From NCBI RefSeq assembly GCF_032444005.1, contig NC_091287.1, positions 452,538,001-452,602,000 on the forward strand: a stretch of DNA of 64,000 bases, given 5' to 3'. The notes below the pieces were generated by a model. That model was given only the letters and a program-made list of their open reading frames with translations, was not told the origin of the DNA and searched no databases. This document shows, piece after piece, positions 50,501 through 61,621 of the stretch. Each line of letters starts with the position of its first letter. Position 1 is the stretch's first letter. The DNA is from Ranitomeya imitator (Eukaryota). The position numbers were made by a program, and so were the translations under genes.

Positions 50501-52187
50501 AGGATGGGAATATGGAGCCACGCAGACAAAGATGGGGATAAGGACCATTCATGCAAGGATGGGAATAAGGAGCTATGCATGCAAGGATGGGAATAAGTAG
50601 CCATGCATACAAGGATGGGGATAAGGAGCCATGCATACAAGGATGGGAATAAGGAGCCATGCATACAAGGATGGGAATAAGGAGCCATGCAGACAAGGAT
50701 GGGAATAAGGAGCCATGAAAACAAGGATGGGAATATGGAGCCATGCAGACAAAGATGGGGATAAGGAGCCATTCATGCAAGGATGGGAATAAGGAGCTAT
50801 GCATGCAAGGATGGGAATAAGTAGCCATGCATACAAGGATGGGGATAATGAGCCATGCATACAAGGATGGGAATAAGGAGCCATGCAGACAAAGATGGGG
50901 ATAAGGAGCCATTCATGCAAGGATGGGAATAAGGAGATATGCATGCAAGGATGGGAATAAGGAGCCATGCAGACAAGGATGGGGATAAGGAGCCATGAAA
51001 ACAAGGATGGGAATATGGAGCCATGCAGACAAAGATGGGGATATGGAGCCATTCATGCAAGGATGGGAATAAAGAGCTATGCATGCAAGGATGGGAATAA
51101 GTAGGCATGCATACAAGGATGGGGATAAGGAGCCATGCATACAAGGATGGGAATAAGGAGCCATGCATACAAGGATGGGGATAAGGAGCCATGCATACAA
51201 GGATGGGGATAAGGAGCTATGCATGCAAGGATGGGAATAAGTAGCCATGCATACAAGGATGGGGATAAGGAGCCATGCATACAAGGATGGGGATAAGGAG
51301 CTATGCAGACAAGGATGGGGATAAGGAGCCATGAAAACAAGGATGGGAATATGGAGCCATGCAGACAAAGATGGGGATAAGGAGCCATTCATGCAAGGAT
51401 GGGAATAAGGAGCTATGCATGCAAGGATGGGAATAAGGAGCCATGCAGACAAGGATGGGGATAAGGAGCCATGAAAACAAGGATGGGAATATGGAGCCAT
51501 GCAGACAAAGATGGGGAAAAGGAGCCATTCATGCAAGGATGGGAATAAGGAGCTATGCATGCAAGGATGGGAATAAGGAGCCATGCAGACAAGAATGGGG
51601 ATAAGGAGCCATGCATACAAGGATGGGAATAAGGAGCCATGCATACAAGGATGGGGATAAGGAGCCATGCATACAAGGACGGGGATAAGGAGCCATGCAG
51701 ACAAAGATGGGGATAAGGAGCCATGCATGCAAGGATGGGAATAAGGAGCCATGCATACAAGGATGGGCCTAAGGAGCCATGCATACAAGGATGGGGATAT
51801 GTTTCCATGCAGACAAGGATGGGAATAAGGAGCCATGCATACAAGGGTGGCAATAAGTAGCCATGCATAACAGAATGGGGATTGGGGGACAATGCATACC
51901 CAGCTTATACTCGAGTCAATAAGTTTTCCCAGTTTTTCAAGGCAAAATTAGGTGCCTCGGCTTATATTTCGGTCTGCTTATACACAAGTGTATATGGTAT
52001 AAATAAATATTTTCAGCTCCCCCAGTCTATTACATGATAGTTGCAGATTGGACAGCATTTTCATGGTGACAGGTTCCATTTAAAAGAAATTTATCAGCCC
52101 AAAATGACTGCTCAAACCAAATACAGGCGTTCGGTGCACCCTTGGTGTGGCCAAACAGTTTGGTGCACCTTTTACCCTTTTACCAAT
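47595..52187. repeat. Tandem macro-unit 2 (4593 bp): spacer, satellite, solo LTR, satellite, transposon ends
   Basis: About 45390-49700 recurs at +4593, as shown by identical ORF translations at 45449/50042, 47587/52180 and 48309/52902. The re-entry point TATTTATTCCCTTAATGAGC occurs at 37192, 47595, 52188 and 61521. Confidence 0.92.
48235..49709 (+). mobile_element. Solo LTR of the Gmr1-type element, 1475 bp
   Basis: TGTCACGAT...ATCGTGACA with TSD GCATG (48230-48234, 49710-49714). It matches the 3' LTR (59359-60833) at every diagnostic site I checked. Confidence 0.96.
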
Positions 52188-54518
52188 TATTTATTCCCTT
52201 AATGAGCGCAGGAGCTGCTGGCACCTGAATGAGATGCTGCATGTGAAGGTAAGTAGGATGGTTTTTTTCTGCCTTTCTCATGGGGGGCCATACACACAAG
52301 GATGGGGATGATGAACCATGCAGACAAGGATGGGAATAAGGAGCCATGCAGACAAGGATGGGAACAAGGAGCCATGCATACAAGGATGGGAATAAGCAGC
52401 CATGCAGACAAGGATTTGGAAAAGCAGCCATGCAGACAAGGATGGGGATAAGGAGCCATGCAGACAAGGATTGGAATAAGGAGCCATGCAGACAAGGATG
52501 GGGATAAGGAGCCATGCAGACAAGGATTGGAATAAAGAGCCATGCAGACAAGGATGGGAATAAGGAGCCATTCATGCAAGGATGGGAATAAGGAGGTATG
52601 CATGCAAGGATGGGAATAAGTAGCCATGCATACAAGGATGGGGATGAGGAGCCATGCATACAAGGATGGCAATAAGGAGCCATGCAGACGAGGATGGGAA
52701 TAAGGAGCCATGCAGACAAGGATGGGGATAAGGAGCCATGAAAACAAGGATGGGAATATGGAGCCATGCAGACAAAGATGGGGATAAGGACCATTCATGC
52801 AAGAATGGGAATAAGGAGCTATGCATGTGTCACGATATGGTATGAAATATCATAAGTTTAGTTGCTCGTCAGCTCATGAGGTGGGCTAAACCCCCCCTTC
52901 ACTAGCTGACTCTACTTGTTTCTCTCTGGGCTACGGACTGTATGCTAGAAGGGGGTTTAATTGCCCTGGGGTCGTAAATTCCAGGCTCAGAGGAAAGTCC
53001 CTCACCCCTCCCACCTTCACTAGTCAGAACTGGTAAAGTGGCTCCAAAATTCATGAAAGATCCTTTGTTTGGTTTTGGTACGATATTATGCACCATGTTT
53101 ACGGTAAGAACACGAAAATATATATTCGTATTCCCACTCGGTGTAGGTACCCATCCCTTGAAACTCGGGCTTCTAACTCCGTCTGGTAAAGAAGTAGGGT
53201 TTTCTCTGTAAATATGTATCCCAGATAGGACATATTTGATCTCATTAGAATGCTCACGTTAACCCGAGATGATTGATGGGTTTGTTAGAACTATGACGTG
53301 TTTTGTAGTGAAGTTATAGAAATTAGCGAGAATAGTTTAAAGTTTAGGCAGAATGTAGAGAGAGGAGGGTCTGGATAAGTCAGCCTTTCTGTGATGTCAC
53401 AGCCTTAAGGGTTTAAGTGTCTGGCAGGCTCTGAGGAGGCACTCTTCTGCTGATGTCTCCTTCTGGACTGCTTGTTTTCTGAAGCCAGCAGCACGTCCAA
53501 ATGAGCTGGGACATATGGAAAAACTCCACTAGCCTGGATGCCTGTCATGCTTTAAACATGTGAGTGTTGCTTTTCTCATTTATTCCCTTTATGTTATAAT
53601 TACCCATGTGCATATTTGCAATTGTCTCATTTGTAACATCTTTATAAACTATTTTTGATAAAGCCCTGCCTAATTATTTTTAATGGGATATACTATTATA
53701 TGTTAGTTCTTCTCCATGCTCTAAATACTATACCCTAAGTCTTCTGAAGTGAAATACGCTACTGTTACTGTTGAGTTGGGTTAGCTTCGGACCCGTTTAA
53801 TCGAAGCTGGTGGCAGCGAAAGTGTGCTGACTGTTGGATTATGCTGAAGCAACTGCGGGTTTGATAATTATTGTTCCTGCCTGAGTGGGAGTAGTTATCG
53901 CGTCGCTGCAGCGTGCCCAATAGCCAGTACATAGCAGGCAGCCTTTCTGGCGACTAATTACCCAGGGTGCAGTACCTAATCTGACCTGAGAGTAAGGGGG
54001 GCGCCAGAGAGCTGCAAGTGTTAAGGGGAACTGTAAGCGGGATATACATAAATCCCTGCAGTTCGTGGTATATAGAAAAGCAGTGGGATACCTAGAATAA
54101 GCCCCTGCTGTAAACTAAGAGGTCAATAGCCTTGTGTGTGGTTTTTCATCACATCGTGGAGTGGAGGGATAACTAAGATAAGTCCCCCTGCACATGTGAT
54201 AGCCATCTGTTGGCCTAAAGTCACCTCAATCCGTGACGTAGGAGTGACGGTCACGGTGTGAATCCTGACCCATTGGTGACAGCGGTCAGGGGAATCGTGA
54301 CAATTGGTGGCAAGGCGGTGGGATATCTTAGAGCATTAGTGATTTGGTTTGAGTAATCATTCCTCTCACTAAAAACTTGCAGAAAGTTCTTGCGAGGACT
54401 CTGCGCAAATAAGTTTGGAGAACGAACTCAGTGCTTTTTAGTTGTGAGACAATTGCGTACTGGTAATTATCCCTTCCCTTTCTCTTCGTTTTTCTATCCT
54501 ATCTTTTATTTGGCAACC

Positions 54519-56786
54519 ATGGCTGCGAAAGGGGAAGCCTGGTACAACCAGCAGAAGAAGGACTTTCTTGCTGGGATATGCACGTGCCATGGCCTGAACC
54601 CCCAGGGCAAGACCAAGGCTCAAATGGTCGCTGAACTGGTGCAATTTGAAGCAGACCAAGCCAGGCCACAGAGCCCAGAGGCCGCAGAAGCCAGCACAAG
54701 CGAACATGGTGCTGCAGCAGAGGTCCAACCACTGAATACGGGCCCTACTGACAACCAGGGGGGTGCAGACCTCCTCCTGCAGCTGGCTCTGCAACAATGC
54801 TCCGCAGATGACCTAGAGAGGCGTCTGCAGCTGATCCAGCAATACCAGGAGCCAGCCGAGCGAGAGGCCGAGCGGGAGGCTGAGAGAGCCGAGCGCCAAG
54901 CCCAGCGAGCACATGAACTGGAGATGCTCCGGCAGGGGGGGATGCCCTCCACCGCCCAGAGACGTGAGCCCACCAGCGCTCAGATACCTAAGCCCCGGCC
55001 CGATCACTTTCCTGTTATGGAGAAGGACGGGGACTTGGACACTTTTCTGCGGGCCTTTGAGAAAGCCTGCAGGCAGTACCAGCTACCTACAGATGAATGG
55101 GCCCGATACCTGACACCAGGGCTGAGAGGTAAAGCTCTGGAGGCGTTTGCTGCCCTCCCTCAAGAACAAGATGGTGACTATGAGGCCATCAAAAAGGCTC
55201 TGATAGCCAAGTACCAGCTTACACCCGAGGTGTACCGTAGAAAGTTCCGGACCCTCCAACGTGGCCCACACGACAGTTACAGTGATGTGGTGCATGGACT
55301 GGGGACCCACTTTGACCAGTGGACCCAAGGACTGTCAGTGACCACCTTTGCACAGCTGCGAGACCTGATGATCAAAGACCAGTTCTTTCATCTTTGCCCA
55401 GCTGAGGTGCGACAGTTCGTGATGGACAGAGAACCCAAAGACGTGACGAAAGCAGCACAGATTGCCGATGCCTATGAGGCCAACCGTAGATCGGAAGGGC
55501 GGAAGCCAATCACCACCAGCTGGAGAGGGGGTAAGCCTGCAACCAACGCCAGTACCCCTGCCAGCCAACACACCAGAGGTCCTGGCCCCGTGGCCAACAG
55601 CACCAGACCGACCACCGAACCTCGCACGTGTTACACCTGCCATCAGACTGGTCATATCAGTCTCTCCTGCCCAACCAAGCAGAAGAACACCCAAGCCAAG
55701 GCCCCAGGGCCTAATGCAGCAGTTCTTTTGGTGGGTGGTGTGGTTGGGAGGGTGTGTGACAACGTACAGCACGTCACTGTGGGAGGCCATGTTGCTACAG
55801 GCCTCAAGGACACCGGGGCTGAACGAACCCTCATCCGACCCGAACTGGCGGCCCCTGAAGAAATCATTCCGGGGAAAACCCTAACTGTCACTGGGATTGG
55901 GGGCATCAGCTGTCCCTTACCGATGGCCCGGGTTTTTATTGATTGGGGTGCCGGGAGCGGGGTGAAGGAAGTGGGGCTGTCTGATAATTTGCCCACTGAT
56001 GTTTTGTTGGGGACTGATTTGGGGAGGATGGTTGCATACTACGTCCCTGACACCCCTCCCCAATCTACTAATAAGGGTAAAGTTAACCCTGATGATGATG
56101 ATGATGATGGGAAATCGCATGTGTTACCTGACCATGCTTTATCTTGTAATGATGCATCGATTAACCATTTTTTCCCTAGGATTGATGGTGAAAATGTTGT
56201 ACCTGTGCCAGCTGAACCTGATCATGATTTTTCTGTGAAGGTTAATGTGTCCATAGGTACAGGCGTGCCCAGCCACGTCGCTCTGCGAAGTGAGACGGCT
56301 GAGGAACCCCTAACAGGGGCAAGTGTCGGTGCTACAAGAAATGGGGAGATGCATGGGAACCGTGAGGAAGGTGACGCCATGAAAGTGACCAGTGCCACCG
56401 AGGAAGGTAACTGGCCCATAAGTAGCACTGCCCCTGAAGTGTTGGGGGTGGATGGGGAGGTAGAGCCCATAGCAGCGCCGGCGGATGGGCCTTTAGAAAT
56501 CCCCGGGGAGACAGCCTACGTAGCTGCTGTCACCCGCAGTCAGAGTGCCCGGAACGCAGATAACTGTCGGCCTTCCGGACCCTCCTCAGTCATTACTGTG
56601 ACTGAACCAGAGGTGGACCCAGAGCAGGTCCAAGAGGGTTCCCGTGGGGAAGGGACCCTGACGTCGCTTCTGGCTTCCCCTAGCCAGGAGTTTCAGGCCG
56701 CTCTGCACACAGATGCGAGCCTAGAGAGTTTGAGACAACTTGCCGGGACGCCCTTCTCCGAGACTGATAAGGAGAAGGTGTTCTGA
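54519..56786 (+). CDS. Gmr1 gag (SCAN-like capsid, CCHC knuckle) plus protease, ending at a premature TGA
   Basis: FLRAFEKAC..EWARYLTPGLRGKALEAF..YRRKFR..DLMIKDQF, CYTCHQTGHISLSC, and LKDTGA. TGA at 56784-56786 sits in frame with the integrase that follows. Confidence 0.9.
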   Translation: MAAKGEAWYNQQKKDFLAGICTCHGLNPQGKTKAQMVAELVQFEADQARPQSPEAAEASTSEHGAAAEVQPLNTGPTDNQGGADLLLQLALQQCSADDLERRLQLIQQYQEPAEREAEREAERAERQAQRAHELEMLRQGGMPSTAQRREPTSAQIPKPRPDHFPVMEKDGDLDTFLRAFEKACRQYQLPTDEWARYLTPGLRGKALEAFAALPQEQDGDYEAIKKALIAKYQLTPEVYRRKFRTLQRGPHDSYSDVVHGLGTHFDQWTQGLSVTTFAQLRDLMIKDQFFHLCPAEVRQFVMDREPKDVTKAAQIADAYEANRRSEGRKPITTSWRGGKPATNASTPASQHTRGPGPVANSTRPTTEPRTCYTCHQTGHISLSCPTKQKNTQAKAPGPNAAVLLVGGVVGRVCDNVQHVTVGGHVATGLKDTGAERTLIRPELAAPEEIIPGKTLTVTGIGGISCPLPMARVFIDWGAGSGVKEVGLSDNLPTDVLLGTDLGRMVAYYVPDTPPQSTNKGKVNPDDDDDDGKSHVLPDHALSCNDASINHFFPRIDGENVVPVPAEPDHDFSVKVNVSIGTGVPSHVALRSETAEEPLTGASVGATRNGEMHGNREEGDAMKVTSATEEGNWPISSTAPEVLGVDGEVEPIAAPADGPLEIPGETAYVAAVTRSQSARNADNCRPSGPSSVITVTEPEVDPEQVQEGSRGEGTLTSLLASPSQEFQAALHTDASLESLRQLAGTPFSETDKEKVF

Positions 56787-56798
56787 GAACAAGGAAGG

Positions 56799-58010
56799 TT
56801 GTACCGGGAGACAGTACCCGGAGAATCACAAAAGGAGTGGTTGAGGGAAAGACAGCTGGTCGTCCCGCAGCAATTCCGGGGTGAGTTGTTGCGGATTGCC
56901 CATGAGATCCCGCTAGCTGGACACTTGGGGATCAGCAAAACTAAGGCCCGGCTGTCTCAACACTTCTATTGGCCTAAGATGGGGACAGATGTGTCAAACT
57001 ACTGCCGCTCCTGTATCACTTGTCAAAGAGTGGGGAAGGTGGGGCCTGCTCTTAAGGCTCCCCTGATCCCTTTGCCAGTGATAGAGGAGCCTTTCCAGAG
57101 GATCGCGGTGGACATTGTGGGCCCGCTGGCCGTCCCCAGCAGCTCTGGAAAGCAATATATCCTTACTGTGGTAGACTACGCTACCCGGTACCCAGAGGCA
57201 GTAGCTCTGTCGTCAACTAGGGCAGATAAGGTGGCGGGTGCCCTGTTGGCTATCTTTTCAAGTGTAGGATTTCCCAGGGAAATGCTTACTGATCAAGGGA
57301 CCCAATTTATGTCTCGCCTAATGGAGGCTCTCTGTAAGAAAATGCAGGTGAAGCACCTGGTATCGAGTGCGTATCACCCACAGACCAATGGCTTGTGTGA
57401 ATGCTTCAATGGTACCCTCAAACAGATGCTAAGCATGCTGGTTGAGACTCAAGGGCGTGACTGGGAGCGGTACCTCCCACACCTGCTGTTCGCTTACCGA
57501 GAGGTTCCGCAGGCCTCGACGGGGTTCTCCCCCTTCGAGCTCCTGTACGGCAGGCGAGTCCGGGGACCCCTTGGGTTGGTAAGAGAATCCTGGGAAGAGG
57601 AGCCGAACCCTTCTGAAGTGTCCATAGTGGAGCGGACCTACCACGTAGGTCAAAAGGTGTGGGTGCTGGTCCCCGTACCAACGGATAAGCTTCAGGCAGC
57701 CTGGGAGGGCCCGTACGTCGTCCACCAACAGCTCAACCCGGTCACGTACGTGGTCACGCTTGACCACGCTCGGGGTAGGCAAAAGGCCTTTCACGTCAAC
57801 ATGATGAAGGCTCATCACGAACGTGAACCTTTCATCCTACCGGTCTGCAGCTTACCCGAAGACGGGGAGGAAGACACCCTCCTGGACTTGCTGGCCCAAG
57901 CCAAGGCCAATGGGTCCATCGAGGATGTGGAGGTAAGCGGGTGCAGTTGCAAACCACACTGGAACCCTTCCGGGCCGTATTCTCCAACCGACCTGGGAGG
58001 ACTGAGTTAG
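56799..58010 (+). CDS. Gmr1 integrase, located upstream of RT
   Basis: AHEIPLAGH..CRSCITC zinc finger; core AVDIVGP, LTDQG and GLCEC. An apparent deletion near 57632 and a frameshift near 57935 are inferred from family architecture. Confidence 0.9.
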   Translation: MYRETVPGESQKEWLRERQLVVPQQFRGELLRIAHEIPLAGHLGISKTKARLSQHFYWPKMGTDVSNYCRSCITCQRVGKVGPALKAPLIPLPVIEEPFQRIAVDIVGPLAVPSSSGKQYILTVVDYATRYPEAVALSSTRADKVAGALLAIFSSVGFPREMLTDQGTQFMSRLMEALCKKMQVKHLVSSAYHPQTNGLCECFNGTLKQMLSMLVETQGRDWERYLPHLLFAYREVPQASTGFSPFELLYGRRVRGPLGLVRESWEEEPNPSEVSIVERTYHVGQKVWVLVPVPTDKLQAAWEGPYVVHQQLNPVTYVVTLDHARGRQKAFHVNMMKAHHEREPFILPVCSLPEDGEEDTLLDLLAQAKANGSIEDVEVSGCSCKPHWNPSGPYSPTDLGGLS

Positions 58011-59338
58011 CAGTCCACGAGGTGGACACCGGGAATCACGCCCCACTACGGCGAACACCCTATCGAATCTCTGACCAGGTGCAGCAGACTATGCGCCAAG
58101 AGATCGATGAGATGTTACAGCTGGGGGTGATTCGACGGTCAAAGAGCACGTGGGCATCACCTGTAGTTCTCGTGCCAAAGAAGGACCGGACCACCCGGTT
58201 CTGCGTGGACTACAGGGGGCTCAACGCCATCACAGCCTCGGATGCGCACCCAATGCCGCGCATGGAGGAGCTGCTTGAGAAGTTAGCTGGCGCAGATTAC
58301 CTAACAATAATGGATCTGAGTCGAGGATACTGGCAGATTCCCCTGAGCCCTGAGGCACAGGAAAAGTCCGCCTTTATCACACCCTTTGGACTGTATGAGT
58401 CCACGGTCATGCCCTTCGGCATGAAGAATGCCCCTGCCACTTTCCAGCGGATGGTCAACCTCCTGCTTCAGGGACTGGAGACGTACGCCGTGGCGTACTT
58501 GGATGACATTGCCATCTTCAGTCCCTCCTGGAAGGAACACCTGCAGCATCTCGAGGAGGTGCTCAGGCGAATTCACCAAGCAGGACTGACTATCAAGCCG
58601 GGAAAGTGTCAGATGGGCATGAGGGAGGTTCACTACCTGGGGCACCGGGTAGGCGGGAACACCCTGAAGCCAGAGCCTGACAAAGTGGGAGTGATCGTGA
58701 ACTGGCCCACTCCCGTGACCAAGAAACAGGTGATGTCCTTCTTGGGCACTGCAGGGTACTATAGGCGCTTCGTAAAGCACTATAGTAGCCTGGCAAAACC
58801 TTTGACGGACCTCACCAGGAAGAAGCTACCTCACATTGATGGCTGTGAGGGGGCCTTCCAGGCGTTGAAAACTGCACTGTGCAACGCCCCTGTGTTGAAA
58901 GCAGTCGACAGCAGTCGACCGTTCTTGGTGCAGACCGACGCCAGCGAGTTTGGCCTTGGTGCTGTACTCAGCCAGGTTGACTCGGAGGACCAAGAGCACC
59001 CCGTGTTATACCTGAGCCGGAAACTTTTGCCGAGGGAAGTGGCCTACTCCACCATCGAGAAGGAGTGCCTGGCTATAGTCTGGGCCCTGCAGCGCTTGCA
59101 GCCCTACTTGTACGGTCACACCTTCATTGTGGTGACCGACCACAACCCTCTGCGCTGGCTAAATGCCATGTGTGGAACCAACGGCAGGTTGCTACGCTGG
59201 AGCCTTGCCCTTCAGCAGTTTGACTTCACCATTGAACATAAAACGGGCAAAGAGCATGGGAATGCAGATGGACTCTCCTGCCAGGGTGAACCTACTGAGG
59301 TGCCCATGGAGGCATACCGTGGGGTACTGCCTCCCTAG
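57941..59338 (+). CDS. Gmr1 reverse transcriptase and RNase H
   Basis: RFCVDYRGLN, MPFGMKNAPATFQR, AYLDD, QTDAS, EKECLA and VTDHNPL. The frame is shifted relative to the integrase. Confidence 0.93.
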   Translation: MQLQTTLEPFRAVFSNRPGRTELAVHEVDTGNHAPLRRTPYRISDQVQQTMRQEIDEMLQLGVIRRSKSTWASPVVLVPKKDRTTRFCVDYRGLNAITASDAHPMPRMEELLEKLAGADYLTIMDLSRGYWQIPLSPEAQEKSAFITPFGLYESTVMPFGMKNAPATFQRMVNLLLQGLETYAVAYLDDIAIFSPSWKEHLQHLEEVLRRIHQAGLTIKPGKCQMGMREVHYLGHRVGGNTLKPEPDKVGVIVNWPTPVTKKQVMSFLGTAGYYRRFVKHYSSLAKPLTDLTRKKLPHIDGCEGAFQALKTALCNAPVLKAVDSSRPFLVQTDASEFGLGAVLSQVDSEDQEHPVLYLSRKLLPREVAYSTIEKECLAIVWALQRLQPYLYGHTFIVVTDHNPLRWLNAMCGTNGRLLRWSLALQQFDFTIEHKTGKEHGNADGLSCQGEPTEVPMEAYRGVLPP

Positions 59339-61621
59339 CGCACACCAAAAGGGGGAGGTGTCACGATATGGTATGAAATATCATAAGTTTAGTTGCTCGT
59401 CAGCTCATGAGGTGGGCTAAACCCCCCCTTCACTAGCTGACTCTACTTGTTTCTCTCTGGGCTACGGACTGTATGCTAGAAGGGGGTTTAATTGCCCTGG
59501 GGTCGTAAATTCCAGGCTCAGAGGAAAGTCCCTCACCCCTCCCACCTTCACTAGTCAGAACTGGTAAAGTGGCTCCAAAATTCATGAAAGATCCTTTGTT
59601 TGGTTTTGGTACGATATTATGCACCATGTTTACGGTAAGAACACGAAAATATATATTCGTATTCCCACTCGGTGTAGGTACCCATCCCTTGAAACTCGGG
59701 CTTCTAACTCCGTCTGGTAAAGAAGTAGGGTTTTCTCTGTAAATATGTATCCCAGATAGGACATATTTGATCTCATTAGAATGCTCACGTTAACCCGAGA
59801 TGATTGATGGGTTTGTTAGAACTATGACGTGTTTTGTAGTGAAGTTATAGAAATTAGCGAGAATAGTTTAAAGTTTAGGCAGAATGTAGAGAGAGGAGGG
59901 TCTGGATAAGTCAGCCTTTCTGTGATGTCACAGCCTTAAGGGTTTAAGTGTCTGGCAGGCTCTGAGGAGGCACTCTTCTGCTGATGTCTCCTTCTGGACT
60001 GCTTGTCTTCTGAAGCCAGCAGCACGTCCAAATGAGCTGGGACATATGGAAAAACTCCACTAGCCTGGATGCCTGTCATGCTTTAAACATGTGAGTGTTG
60101 CTTTTCTCATTTATTCCCTTTATGTTATAATTACCCATGTACATATTTGCAATTGTCTCATTTGTAACATCTTTATAAACTATTTTTGATAAAGCCCTGC
60201 CTAATTATTTTTAATGGGATATACTATTATATGTTAGTTCTTCTCCATGCTCTAAAAACCGTACCCTAAGTCTTCTGAAGTGAAATACGCTACTGTTACT
60301 GTTGAGTTGGGTTAGCTTCGGACCCGTTTAATCGAAGCTGGTGGCAGCGAAAGTGTGCTGACTGTTGGATTATGCTGAAGCAACTGCGGGTTTGATAATT
60401 ATTGTTCCTGCCTGAGTGGGAGTAGTTATCGCGTCGCTGCAGCGTGCCCAATAGCCAGTACATAGCAGGCAGCCTTTCTGGCGACTAATTACCCAGGGTG
60501 CAGTACCTAATCTGACCTGAGAGTAAGGGGGGCGCCAGAGAGCTGCAAGTGTTAAGGGGAACTGTAAGCGGGATATACATAAATCCCTGCAGTTCGTGGT
60601 ATATAGAAAAGCAGTGGGATACCTAGAATAAGCCCCTGCTGTTAACTAAGAGGTCAATAGCCTTGTGTGTGGTTTTTCATCACATCGTGGAGTGGAGGGA
60701 TAACTAAGATAAGCCCCCCTGCACATGTGATAGCCGTCTGTTGGTCTAAAGTCACCTCAATCCGTGACGTAGGGGTGACGGTCACGGTGTGAATCCTGAC
60801 CCATTGGTGACAGTGGTCAGGGGAATCGTGACAGCATGCAAGGATGGGAATAAGTAGCCATGCATACAAGGATGGGGATAAGGAGCCATGCATACAAGGA
60901 CGGGGATAAGGAGCCATGCAGACAAAGATGGGAATAAGGAACCAAGCATACAAGGATGGGAATAAGGAGCCATTCATGCAAGGATGGGAATAAGGAGCCA
61001 TGCAGACAAGAATGGGGATAAGGAGCCATGCATACAAGGACGGGGATAAGGAGCCATGCAGACAAAGATGGGGATAAGGAGCCATGCATGCAAGGATGGG
61101 AATAATGAGCCATGCATACAAGGATGGGGATATGTTGCCATGCAGACAAGGATGGGAATAAGGAGCCATGCATACAAGGATGGGAATAAGTAGCCATGCA
61201 TAACAGAATGGGGATTGGGGGACAATGCATACCCAGCTTATACTCGAGTCAATAAGTTTTCCCAGTTTTTCAAGGCAAAATAAGGTGCCTCGGCTTATAT
61301 TTTGGTCTGCTTATACACAAGTGTATATGGTATAAATAAATATTTTCAGCTCCCCCAGTCTATTACATGATACTTGCAGATTGGACAGCATTTTCATGGT
61401 GACAGGTTCCATTTAAAAGAAATTTATCAGCCCAAAATGACTGCTCAAACCAAATACAGGCGTTCGGTGCACCCTTGGTGTGGCCAAACAGTTTGGTGCA
61501 CCTTTTACCCTTTTACCAATTATTTATTCCCTTAATGAGCGCAGGAGCTGCTGGCACCGGAATGAGATGCTGCAAGGGAAGGTAAGTAGGATGGTTTTTT
61601 TCTGCCTTTCTCATGGGGGGC

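Larger units (their letters stand above)
52828..60833 (+). mobile_element. Full-length Gmr1-type Gypsy LTR retrotransposon (8006 bp), defective
   Basis: LTRs 52828-54302 and 59359-60833; TSD GCATG. tRNA-Leu-like PBS TGGTGGCAAGGCGGTGGGAT at 54305-54324. PPT AAAAGGGGGAGG at 59347-59358. Domain order gag-PR-INT-RT-RH. Confidence 0.96.
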
